Below, in pieces: positions 51,092 to 61,300 of a stretch of 64,000 nt of DNA. Made by a program: the position numbers and the translations under genes. The notes below the pieces were generated by a model that saw only the letters and a list, made by a program, of their open reading frames with translations, ran no database searches and was not told where the DNA came from. This DNA is from Ignavibacteria bacterium (lineage in GTDB: Bacteria; Bacteroidota; Ignavibacteria; Kapaibacteriales; UBA961): positions 27,301 to 91,300 of the forward strand of contig CANLII010000006.1 in the NCBI GenBank assembly GCA_947491315.1, written 5' to 3'. Positions within the stretch are counted from its first letter, which is position 1, and each line of letters starts with the position of its first letter.

Positions 51092-54000
51092 GGCTTCGCC
51101 TTCTGTATTCTCTTCAATCTTGCCGATGCGGTTTTACCATAATCATCATCGGGTCTTAATGTAATGAGTGTTTGGAATACCTCATTTGCCGCATCATAAT
51201 TTTTCAGTGTTTCATAACAATCACCAAGACCCAATAGTGATAAGGAGAACCAATCTTCTATGGAACTAGATTGCTCTCTCACTTCCAAGAATGCGGTGAT
51301 GGCATTTGCATATTCCTTTTGCTTCATCCACAATTCGCCGATTCGATATTGCGCTTCTGCTGCAATTGTTGGATTCTCCATTCTTTTGGCAATTTGCCTG
51401 AAATGAACTATCGCACTATCAAACATTGTGCGTGAACGATAATACATTGCAATTCTATATCTGGATTGATCTCCGAATTCAGTTTTATCATATGTTTCTG
51501 CCGTCAAAGAATATAGTCGCAAAGCTTGAAGTGAATCCCCAAGTGTCGTTGCGATTTGCGCTCTCTCAAATCCGGCTTGAGCCGATGAGGCATTTTCGGG
51601 AAATTCAGTCATCACCATCGCAAATGCAGTATCAGCTTCACGATATCTTTTATCCTGTACTTTCATGAGTCCGATTTCCAGCAATGCGAGCGGAGCAAAT
51701 TCTGTTTTTCCATATTTCTTGAATACATCTTTCCAGGATTGTTCGGCCTTGCCGGATTCACCCAAACTCGAAAAACTCTTACCTAGATAGAAGAGCGCCT
51801 CAGCATTTCTTTCTATATCACTATTGGACTTCAAAAAGGCTTCATATTCTGTGATTGCACCGGCATAATTCTTCCCATTATAAAAACTTAGTCCCCTATT
51901 CATCAGTAAATCTTTGGAGATTTCAGATTGTGGATTCTTGGAAATGAAATCATCTACAATCACATTGGCTTCATCCACCCTTCCCAAAAATTCCAAACTA
52001 TATTGAATGCTCTTTACTGCTTCTCCTGCCAAGGGCGAAGATGGATATTGATTTTTTACAACTGTATACGATGCAATTGCATCATCATAACGCTCAAGAT
52101 TATAATATGCATCCGCAATGGTATAATGTGTTCTTGCGGCAAGTTGCGTAGATGGAAATACAACTAACAAAGACTTCAATTCGTGAATTGCATCATCATA
52201 TTTTCTTTGTTGGAATAATGTCCAACCAACCGAATATAATGCAGATGCCGATAATGGAGATTGCGGATAAGAACGCGCGAATATTCTGAATGCTTTTATT
52301 GCCCCTTCGAAATCATCAATTCTATATAATGCCTGTCCATATTGATATGCAGAATATTGTCCTTCCTCAGAGCGAGGTCCGGCATTCATAGCAGACTTAT
52401 ACGCAGCGGCAGCATCTTTGAATTGTCTCAATGCATAATGTCCATCACCTTTTCTTGCCAAGGCATCGGTAGCAAAACGAGTTTGAGGAAATTCCTTGAC
52501 CAATTTTGAAAATGATTGCGAACTTTTTGCAAATTCTCTTCTACGAAATTGCGCCCAAGCAATACCATACATACTCTCTTCTTTGCGATTGCTATTGGGA
52601 TAATCTGAAAGTAACTGCGTAAAAAATTCCTCGGCATTTGTCAAGAGATCCGTTTTATAATACGATTCAGCAAGCCAAAACAATGCTTGATCTCTTCTAG
52701 CATCAACTTTATGCTCACCAAGGAAAGTAGATATCTCAATAATTGCATCTCTGTATTGTTCATTTTGATGCAGTGATATTCCTTGTTTCAGTCTTGCTTC
52801 CGCGAGAATGCTCTCTCTATTCTCTAATTCTCTTTTGGACATTGAAAGCACCATTCTCTCGGCTGATGCATATTCTCTGGCTGATTTTCCGAATTGCTCT
52901 TGATCATGATATACGCTTCCGAGCAATAAATGGAGTTTTACAGACAATGACTTTTCTTGAGTCTCACGCAATGCTCTTTCAAAAGTCTTTCGAGCCGTTT
53001 CCATTTCATTATCTTCATAGACCAATTGACCATATTCCAGCAATGCATGTCCCAACAATTGATATCCGGTCTGCATTGTCAAAGCAGCAAACTCTTTCTT
53101 TGCTCTATCTCTTTCGCCTTTCGCTTTTGCAATCAATCCATGATATAATTTTGCTCCGGCTTTGAGGAATGCATGTTCTTCATTTGTAGAATCAATCACA
53201 TAGCGATACAATGCTTCAGCTTCATTATACTTCCCAAGATGAAATGCAGCATAACCTGCAGACATTTTTGCGTGAGGCATAATCGGAGACTGTGGATATG
53301 CATTCATGAATGCAAGAAATGCATCATAGGCTTGACTGCTTTGTTTTGCTAAAACCAATGCTTGCGCTCGCATGAATGACAAATCTTCGATTGCATGATC
53401 AGAAAAAGATTGGACTTCAGGCTTGATGATTGTCGTGTCTTGCGATTGTAATTTGTCCACCAATGCTTGGGCTTGTTCCATATATGCAATCGCAGCATTC
53501 GGTTCTCGCATTCCAAGCTTGATATTGGAGGCACGAATGGAGGAACTCAATGCAGTGTTTCTCTGCGGATATGTTCGTAATAATTCTCCATATAAGGCTA
53601 TGGCTTCTTGCTCAGCACCGGATCTTTCACGCAACTGAGCTCGCATATACAATGCATCATCGGCCAATTCATGGATTGGATAGAGAGATTGTATTTCTTT
53701 GAGTGTTATACCTGCATCATCTGGATTTCCGCCTCTTGCTTGGGAAGCACCTTTCCAATACAATGACATCGCGCAATAATGAGCATGCAATGAATCGGTC
53801 TTGGCCTTCTCTCGAGATATCTCCACAACTTTACCAAAATACTCTATCGCTTTTGGCATATCCGTTTGAAAATATGCTATGGAACCCCTTTCAATCAACG
53901 CAATTGGAAGAAATGGTGAATTCGGTCTTTGTTGAATGAACTTGTCCAGTGCTATGTCAGCATATTGAACATCACCAGATTGTCTCATCATGAGAGATCT

Positions 54001-54213
54001 CAAGATTGAAGCTTCATCTGCATGAGACCCCTGTTCAGCAATAACTAGAGATTGACGGAATTGCTTTCCCGCTTCAGCCAGCATGCCGTCATCTATAAGT
54101 ATTGAAATACCTCGAAGATCCTTTATGCCATAGAGGACTCCCGGTTCTAACAATTGGCCATGCATGATATTCATTGAAATCACGCAAAAAGCCATGGATA
54201 ACCAATGCTTCAT
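51088..54213 (-). CDS. Large tetratricopeptide-repeat (TPR) protein with signal peptide
   Basis: About 1042 aa from the internal Met (MKHWLSMAFCVISMNIMHG). More than 20 TPR-like 34-aa repeats with W/L-G-Y-A-F-P periodicity throughout. Confidence 0.85.
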   Translation of the reverse strand: MKHWLSMAFCVISMNIMHGQLLEPGVLYGIKDLRGISILIDDGMLAEAGKQFRQSLVIAEQGSHADEASILRSLMMRQSGDVQYADIALDKFIQQRPNSPFLPIALIERGSIAYFQTDMPKAIEYFGKVVEISREKAKTDSLHAHYCAMSLYWKGASQARGGNPDDAGITLKEIQSLYPIHELADDALYMRAQLRERSGAEQEAIALYGELLRTYPQRNTALSSSIRASNIKLGMREPNAAIAYMEQAQALVDKLQSQDTTIIKPEVQSFSDHAIEDLSFMRAQALVLAKQSSQAYDAFLAFMNAYPQSPIMPHAKMSAGYAAFHLGKYNEAEALYRYVIDSTNEEHAFLKAGAKLYHGLIAKAKGERDRAKKEFAALTMQTGYQLLGHALLEYGQLVYEDNEMETARKTFERALRETQEKSLSVKLHLLLGSVYHDQEQFGKSAREYASAERMVLSMSKRELENRESILAEARLKQGISLHQNEQYRDAIIEISTFLGEHKVDARRDQALFWLAESYYKTDLLTNAEEFFTQLLSDYPNSNRKEESMYGIAWAQFRRREFAKSSQSFSKLVKEFPQTRFATDALARKGDGHYALRQFKDAAAAYKSAMNAGPRSEEGQYSAYQYGQALYRIDDFEGAIKAFRIFARSYPQSPLSASALYSVGWTLFQQRKYDDAIHELKSLLVVFPSTQLAARTHYTIADAYYNLERYDDAIASYTVVKNQYPSSPLAGEAVKSIQYSLEFLGRVDEANVIVDDFISKNPQSEISKDLLMNRGLSFYNGKNYAGAITEYEAFLKSNSDIERNAEALFYLGKSFSSLGESGKAEQSWKDVFKKYGKTEFAPLALLEIGLMKVQDKRYREADTAFAMVMTEFPENASSAQAGFERAQIATTLGDSLQALRLYSLTAETYDKTEFGDQSRYRIAMYYRSRTMFDSAIVHFRQIAKRMENPTIAAEAQYRIGELWMKQKEYANAITAFLEVREQSSSIEDWFSLSLLGLGDCYETLKNYDAANEVFQTLITLRPDDDYGKTASARLKRIQKAKP

Positions 54214-54336
54214 AATATTTTGGAGGATGGAAAGATGCTGCACTTCAAAAATACGAATATCCTGCAATTAGAAAGTGCATGAATTGCATTTTTATATGTT
54301 ATCGATTGAAATGATTGTATTGATTGTTCTCTATAC

Positions 54337-55089
54337 TTAAAGCAAACCCAAAAAAGCAATATTTCTACCCATATTCCCCTCTCTTCGATACGAATGAAAT
54401 CGATCATCTGTAATGGTACAAATAGTTGATAATTCAATGTGTTGTGACTGAACACCAGATTTCCTTAAAGTTGAAGCAATATATGATCGTAAATCAAAAT
54501 GGTATTTCAGGTTCACTTGAACAACAAATCCCGGAAACAAATCCTGGAACTCGGGTCCTACCTCATATTTATCTCTCCCTGCACAGGGGGTTAGCCAAAT
54601 CAATACATCTGAAGGATGTGTACCAAATTGTTCCTTCATGATTTCTATTCCCTTCGGTCCAATATCTAGCTTTGCTCCTCGCCAGCCGGCATGCAATGCC
54701 ATTATAGCCATATTTTTTGGATCATATATCATGATGCCACAACAATCGGCAAGTGCAATTCCCAATACTAATTCAGGGTTATTGGTGTATATCCCATCTC
54801 CATCAGGAAGCATGTTCAGTCCTGCTTCATGTATGTGATCTCCATGAACTTGATTCAAAGAGATAATCCTTTTTCCTATTCCACTTCCGATCGAATTTTC
54901 CATTGATTCAATATGAACTTGGAATTGCTCATCGGTAAGCGATGCTCTTCGGAATGAAAATCCTGAAGGCTGAAATTTACTCATCTCACCTTTCATCGAC
55001 ATTCCACAGAGAATTGAATTTTGCTTGAATATAGTAGGTTCTAAGCATTCCAATTTACTCTTCCTCATTACTCTGCAATGCAATGACAT
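54337..55089 (-). CDS. pgeF: Peptidoglycan editing factor PgeF (YfiH/DUF152 purine-nucleoside phosphorylase / laccase-like)
   Basis: NQVHGDHI.., ..ALADCCGI.. and ..LHAGWRGA.. motifs. 250 aa. 5' end overlaps the queG 3' end. Confidence 0.85.
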   Translation of the reverse strand: MSLHCRVMRKSKLECLEPTIFKQNSILCGMSMKGEMSKFQPSGFSFRRASLTDEQFQVHIESMENSIGSGIGKRIISLNQVHGDHIHEAGLNMLPDGDGIYTNNPELVLGIALADCCGIMIYDPKNMAIMALHAGWRGAKLDIGPKGIEIMKEQFGTHPSDVLIWLTPCAGRDKYEVGPEFQDLFPGFVVQVNLKYHFDLRSYIASTLRKSGVQSQHIELSTICTITDDRFHSYRREGNMGRNIAFLGLL

Positions 55090-56029
55090 TTCTTTGCAAA
55101 CCGGCTAATTTGGTTCTTTTCACAGGACTTTTCCTGAATCTATCTGAAAAATCCTCTTGCTTCATTTCCAAAATGGAGTGAAATGTCAAACCTGTTTCAT
55201 TATTCCTTGGTTGAAATTCTTGGATAGAGGTTTCTGATGAGAATCTATTCCAAGGACATATATCCTGGCAAATATCACATCCATATACCCATTGCTCCAT
55301 ATGAGTTGCAATTTCAATTGGAATGTCAATTGGTGGTTTTGCTTCTATCGTCCAATAAGAAATACATTTGTTTGCATCCACTGTATAAGGTTCTATGATT
55401 GCATTTGTAGGACAAGCATCCAAGCAAGCAGTGCAGGTTCCACAATAATCTTCCATCGGTGAATCATAATGCAATGGAATGGTGGTTATAATGATTCCCA
55501 AGAAAAACCAAGATCCAATCTCTCGTGAAATGATATTGGAATTCTTACCTTGCCATCCTATCCCTGCTTTGCGTGCCCATTGTTTTTCAGGAATCGGTCC
55601 CGTATCGACATATACTTTGGATTGTGAAGAAGGATCTATGGATTGTAATGTAGATACTATTTCTTGCATCTTCATTGGAAGTATTTCATGATAATCGGTA
55701 CCCCAAGCATAGCGCGAGATTTTTCCTTCTTCTTTGGAATCTTGGTGTGCATGAGGTGTATAATAGGACAATCCAACAACAATCACGGATTCAGCCCCCG
55801 GGAGTATTTCCCTTATATCTTTCCTTTTCTCAAGATTCTTTTCCAAATACTGCATTGTGGCATGATAACCAGAAGCAAGCCATTCTTGATATCGATCAAA
55901 CTCCTCCGGCAATGCTTCCGCCTTGGCAATGCCCACCAATTCAAATCCCGCTTTCTTTGCAGTTTGCTTTATGAGCTCTGAATGATAGGATTTGGAATAG
56001 TCCATCTTGATCAAAAATTCCGAAGCCAA
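55055..56029 (-). CDS. queG: tRNA epoxyqueuosine(34) reductase
   Basis: Two ferredoxin-type clusters (CGTCTACLDACP and CDICQDICP) after an N-terminal cobalamin-binding-like domain. 324 aa. Typical QueG length and order. Confidence 0.85.
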   Translation of the reverse strand: MASEFLIKMDYSKSYHSELIKQTAKKAGFELVGIAKAEALPEEFDRYQEWLASGYHATMQYLEKNLEKRKDIREILPGAESVIVVGLSYYTPHAHQDSKEEGKISRYAWGTDYHEILPMKMQEIVSTLQSIDPSSQSKVYVDTGPIPEKQWARKAGIGWQGKNSNIISREIGSWFFLGIIITTIPLHYDSPMEDYCGTCTACLDACPTNAIIEPYTVDANKCISYWTIEAKPPIDIPIEIATHMEQWVYGCDICQDICPWNRFSSETSIQEFQPRNNETGLTFHSILEMKQEDFSDRFRKSPVKRTKLAGLQRNVIALQSNEEE

Positions 56030-56421
56030 AGTGGAGTTAATTTTTCAGGTTTCTCAAGCCAGATGCTTCCATCCAATTCGAATACATGATATGTTTTGAG
56101 TCGTGCATTGCTACCCAATGCCTTACCGGAATCCAAAGAATAGATCCAACCATGAAGCGGACATGTAACAGTACCTTCTTCAATCAGTCCATCACAAATC
56201 ACGGCGGCATATTGATGAGGACAGATATTCGAAACAGCATAGTATGCACTGCCTTCACGAATAATTGCTATTTGCACATCCTCATCGAAAAAGATATTCT
56301 TGCCTTTCTTATGAAAGACTTCCTTTGAAGAGCAAATGCAAAGATATTCCCTGCCTTCATGTGTCATGCATTCAAAAGATGCGACTGCTTTGTCAAATGC
56401 AGATAATTCCGAATCCGACAT
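56011..56421 (-). CDS. Rieske [2Fe-2S] domain protein (NirD-like small ferredoxin subunit)
   Basis: CPHQYAA..(17)..CPLHGW, i.e. CxH...CxxH Rieske ligands. 136 aa. Confidence 0.8.
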   Translation of the reverse strand: MSDSELSAFDKAVASFECMTHEGREYLCICSSKEVFHKKGKNIFFDEDVQIAIIREGSAYYAVSNICPHQYAAVICDGLIEEGTVTCPLHGWIYSLDSGKALGSNARLKTYHVFELDGSIWLEKPEKLTPLWLRNF

Positions 56422-57269
56422 CAGATATTCACCATTTCATTATATGTGAAACCCTTCTCGGTTTTCTTGACTGTGCAAGCAATGGAAAAAGCATCATGTT
56501 CAAAACAAAGTATCCAATTCTGCTCCGCAGCTTTTGTCAGTAATTCTTCCTTTTCTTTCATACTGGTCAATGGGAAATTATCATAACCCATCACATATGG
56601 AACAGGAATATGTGCTCTTGTAGGAATGAGGTCAGCAGGAAACACAATATGATTGTCAACATCAAAGAGATGGATCATCTGCAGAGCTTGAGTGTGACCA
56701 TAGACTCTTTCGACATGAATTCCTGTAAACAGTTCACCGTCTCCTTGAATGATGTTCAGCATTCCATTTGCGATCAGTGGATCCCAATTCTCAGGCATGA
56801 AAGATGCTCTATCTTTATCTGTGGGTGATTTGGCCCATTGCAATTGCTCTTCTTGAACATGATATGTGGCATTGGGAAAGACAGGTACTATTTCACCTGT
56901 TTCCACTCTTTTCGTTGCTCCACCCACATGATCAAAGTGAAGATGCGTCAGAATGACATCCGTTATATCTTCCGACGAAATGCCATAACTCTGTAGAGAA
57001 TGCTCAATAGATGCTCTGGAATAATCCACTCGATAGATGGACTCCAATTTTTCCGACATTTTATGTCCGCATCCAGTATCAATGAGCATATTCTTCCCAT
57101 TCCCTCGAATGAGCAAACTTCTTGATGTCATGTCAATCCGATTGAATTCATCTCCCGGATGATATGCTTTTGTCCATAAAGTCTTTGGAACCACGCCGAA
57201 CATTGCTCCACCATCGAGAGCAAAATCACCGGTATCAAAAATGTCGATTGTATATGGGCCTATATTCAT
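56421..57269 (-). CDS. MBL-fold metallo-hydrolase
   Basis: ILTHLHFDHVGG zinc-binding motif plus downstream His/Asp ligands. 282 aa. Confidence 0.85.
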   Translation of the reverse strand: MNIGPYTIDIFDTGDFALDGGAMFGVVPKTLWTKAYHPGDEFNRIDMTSRSLLIRGNGKNMLIDTGCGHKMSEKLESIYRVDYSRASIEHSLQSYGISSEDITDVILTHLHFDHVGGATKRVETGEIVPVFPNATYHVQEEQLQWAKSPTDKDRASFMPENWDPLIANGMLNIIQGDGELFTGIHVERVYGHTQALQMIHLFDVDNHIVFPADLIPTRAHIPVPYVMGYDNFPLTSMKEKEELLTKAAEQNWILCFEHDAFSIACTVKKTEKGFTYNEMVNI

Positions 57270-57279
57270 ATTCTATCCG

Positions 57280-57882
57280 TCACTTTTTCCATTTGATAGA
57301 ACAACCGATTGCTTTTGTGGTTTCGGGTATGGGTGATTTTTGTGCAATCAATGATTCAATTGCATTTGACAAATACGTTTCCTTCACTGAGCTTGCATCA
57401 CTGTGATTATCATCGATTGCACCGATATATGCAATCTTGAATGTATTGTCAGACTGTTTTTTGAGAAGATACACATGCGGGGTGCGAGTTGCTCCATATT
57501 GCTTTGCAATAGATTGCGTTTCATCAAACACATAACGGAATGGAAAACCTTTCTCTTTGGATCGCTCAATCATTTTGTCAAAAGAATCTTCCGGAACCGT
57601 CACAGGATCATTCGAATTGATTGCCAAAACAGGGAAACCTTTGCCGGCATAATTTTTATGTAAAGCAATGATGCGATCTTCATATGCCTTTGAGAATGGG
57701 CAATGATTACAAGTAAAAATAACGACAAGTCCATTATCACCGGAATAATTTGCCAATGAGATTATTGAACCGTCAATGTTCTTGAGAGAAAATTCTTTTG
57801 CATCATCACCGATTTTTAAACCTTCGGCCGAAAATGCCTGTACTGCACCAAAGAAAAGCAGGGCTAGAATTAATGATTTCAT
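57280..57882 (-). CDS. Secreted thioredoxin-fold (AhpC/TSA-redoxin-like) protein
   Basis: Signal peptide. FTCNHCPFSK CxxC-type motif in a thioredoxin-like context. 200 aa. Confidence 0.65.
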   Translation of the reverse strand: MKSLILALLFFGAVQAFSAEGLKIGDDAKEFSLKNIDGSIISLANYSGDNGLVVIFTCNHCPFSKAYEDRIIALHKNYAGKGFPVLAINSNDPVTVPEDSFDKMIERSKEKGFPFRYVFDETQSIAKQYGATRTPHVYLLKKQSDNTFKIAYIGAIDDNHSDASSVKETYLSNAIESLIAQKSPIPETTKAIGCSIKWKK

Positions 57883-57886
57883 GTGT

Positions 57887-58360
57887 TCACTCCATCATGG
57901 ATTGTATAGTGGTAAATAATTCTTCTTTTTCCAATTGTTTTTCAAGAAATACTCTTTTCTTGATCCGATTTCGCAGAATGATTGTAGCAGGTAGAGAACC
58001 TGTCCAATCCGGTTCAATTGTATCTATCCATTCATTTGGATTTTGCTCATCAAGTAAAAGAATTTCCGATTTCAATTCTTTCTTCTTTACAAAAGGCAGA
58101 AGCACCCTTTCAAGTTCCGCGGGTGAATCTAAACTTACGAGGATGACACGCACATTTTTTTGAGCAAAAGCTGAAGTAGCTTCTTCGAAGTAAGGTAATT
58201 CTTCAATGCAAGGTTTGCACCATGTAGCCCAGAAATTGATCACATAGACAGAATCAGCATCATTATTGAGAAGCGAAGTCAATGCATCCAATTTCACTGT
58301 CTTGACTTGAGAAAAAGCCGTAACTGAAGAAAGCACTACCATGATTAAAAAAATTCTCAT
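57887..58360 (-). CDS. Secreted TlpA/ResA-like thiol:disulfide oxidoreductase
   Basis: Signal peptide. WATWCKPCIEELPYF is the TlpA-like WCxxC active site. 157 aa. Confidence 0.7.
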   Translation of the reverse strand: MRIFLIMVVLSSVTAFSQVKTVKLDALTSLLNNDADSVYVINFWATWCKPCIEELPYFEEATSAFAQKNVRVILVSLDSPAELERVLLPFVKKKELKSEILLLDEQNPNEWIDTIEPDWTGSLPATIILRNRIKKRVFLEKQLEKEELFTTIQSMME

Positions 58361-61300
58361 CGATTGATTCCCTGCATTTTCTGCAATCGATCAAAATATT
58401 GACGAATCATGATTTCATAATCTTTTGTATAACCTTTTCCAAGAGATCTGAGTACATCCTGCATGGCTTTTTGTTGACTTTCGGGAGTGGAAAGATCAAG
58501 TGGTGGCGGACTTTTTCCAAGTAAATCTTGTCCACTCCTTGCCTCTCTTTTCATTTCATAATCTCTTTCATTGATGGATTGGTTTGCATCAAGCAGACGA
58601 GAAAGTATTTTATCTTGTCTTCTCTTTGTTTCGGGTGTGATCATTCCATTCTGCATTGCACTCACAACTTCCTGCATTTCATCGGCAATTTGCTGTAAGT
58701 CTCCCAATCCCTTCTTTTTCCCACTTGGATCTTGTTGCTGTTTTGCCAATTCTTGCATTGCCTGCTGCGCTTTGCCTTGCTGAGCGGCGAGTCTGCCCAA
58801 TTGTTGCTGCTGTTGTGGAGACAAGCTACCGTCCGACCCAGGTTTCGGCATACCTTGATTGATTTGTTGTTGCATGCCTGCCATATTCTGCAATTGTTGC
58901 ATGAATCCTCCGCTTCCTGGTTTGGGGTCGCCATTTCCGCCAGGATTATCACAAGATCCATCTCCTTCACCTTGAAGTTTATTCAAGGCATCTTGCATTT
59001 TTATAGATGCCTTATTAAGTGAATTCATTGCTTGTGCTTGCGATTGAGAGGCCATTTGAGGATTTCTCTGCGACAATTGCTCAGATGCTTTTTGCATACC
59101 TTGCATAGCATTAGACATTTCTTTCACCATTTCTGGCGTGACAGATTGTGACTTTTGTGCCAACTGCATGAGTTCAGCAGCCATTTTCGACAACTGTTCT
59201 TGTAATTTGGATTGCTCTTGCGCTGATTGAGGCATTTGTGTGGAATTGAAATCCAATGTTTGATTGCGGGATTTTTGTGCTTCTTCTTGCTTGGAAAGTG
59301 ACAATGCTTCTTGAACCGATTTCTGCATTTGCTTGATCGCTTCTTTGTTCATGTTCTTTTTCATCTCTTGCTTCATCTGCTTCATTTGCTTTGCAAACTT
59401 TTTCATGGATTGCGAAGCTTTTTTCTGTTTTTGTGCAGAAGAATTCATCTGACCTTGCTGCATGTCACTTTGAGCTTCTTGCATGTCTTTGGATGTTTCT
59501 TGCTCCGATAATTCCTGCTTTGCTTTCTCCAGCTCATCCATCGGCATATTTTGCTTGAGCTCTTTCATCAATTCTTCCAGTTCTTTTAGCTCAGAAGCCA
59601 TGTCTTTCATGTCTTTTTGCAAAGACTCCTGATTTTTGCTCAATTCATCTCTTTCTTTTGCATCCTTCGGATTTGTATTCTCGGTTCTTTGAGTGAGCTC
59701 ATCTTGTTTTTGGGCGAGTTCTTCGGCTCGACGAATCAATGCATCTGTTTTTTGTTCCGCTTGCATTCTTTTGAGGAGATTCATAGTTCTTTCAATTCCC
59801 TTTTTGAATTCTTCCTCATTGAATTTCATATTTTTCATGGCTTGACGCATTTGCTCGGGGTCCACTTGCTGCATGGCTTTTTGCATTTCTTCCATTGCTT
59901 TGCGAAGTTCAGGTGAATTGATTTCTTTCATCAATTGCTGTAGTTTTTGATATTCTTGCATGGTTTCGGGAGACAATGCATTTTTTTCTTGAAGATCATT
60001 GGTCATTTCTTGCAATTGATCTCCAATTTCAGACAATTGCTTTTGGAGTTCTGCTTGCTTCTTGAGAATATTCTCGATATTCTTCACATCTTTCCATTCC
60101 ATGGATTGATCTTGCTTGAGCAATTCTCTTTGCAATTCCTCCAATTCCTTTCCAATCTTTTCTGCTTCTTTGGCAGTCTTCTCAAGCGTTTCTAATGCTT
60201 TGTCTTGTACGGAATCTGCTTGGGACAACACTTCATCGAGTGATGGTAATCTTACCATAATGATCCCGGTGCGAGCTCTGCCAGGTCCCGTCACGGAATT
60301 ATTATCTACAATCTCAATATAGAATTCATATTTGTCGCTTGGCGCTATTCCAATGAGATTCAAATCCCAAGTATAGCTAATATCTGCACTGAGTCCGGCT
60401 CCTGAAGGAATTGGCATCGACAATGAAGCATATTTCTCCATCGGTGGAGCATATTTGGAGTCAATCAATCGATAATACAATTTGAGCGAAGAAAATCCAT
60501 AATCATCACTTATATGAACTGTGATTGGAAGTCTAGCGGATTCAGTCAATACACCATTCCCTTGCGGATCAATGAGTGAGATGGTTGGACTATTATCGGA
60601 AATTGCGGTCACTGAATAATGAATTGGGTCAGCATTTGAACGACCATCCTTATCAATGATGCTGATGCAATATTCACCATCACGAGTAATGGTGAATGAA
60701 CCACTTGCCTTCATTGCATGTACATTCATTGCAATCTTGACTGTGTCATATAATGTCACATCAGAAGCTTTCTCCTCTCCTGACAACTTAGGATTCAGAA
60801 ATAGAATAAACGCTTTTGATAATTCTTTGTTCGCATCCACAATAAGCTTTACCGATGTTCCTTGCAATGCAAGAATATCAGCTGATTGCTCATCAATTGT
60901 TCTGCCGGATTGCTTGCTATATCCCGGAGGAGATACGGTTCCGGTCAAAGAACGAATCTCGGGTCGATCAATAACTTGGATATTTCCCTTTGGTGACAAT
61001 ACCTGCTCAGCAAGCCATTCTGCATGTGCATAGAATGAAAGCGATGCTTTTGCTGATGGAATCTGATATCGATATATATGCGCAGTATCTGTTATGATTG
61101 CAATAGTGTCATAAGTATCCTGCATTTCTTCTTTGATATGTAAGATAATCTTCGGAGGGAGAGTCCCTTTGACACTGATTAGAATTTCTTCTTTGCTACC
61201 GCGTAGAATTGTTTTGTTGATGGGAGAAATATCCAAACTATAGGGCGCAGGCGGTATGAATGATTGCTGATATTGAATCAATCTATTCAACGATTCTCTA

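Noticed and set aside
58571-60322. Multiple 60-100-aa plus-strand ORFs
   Set aside because: They lie antisense to the low-complexity Q/K/E-rich region of the 1164-aa gene. Such ORFs are an expected artefact of codon-biased repeats.
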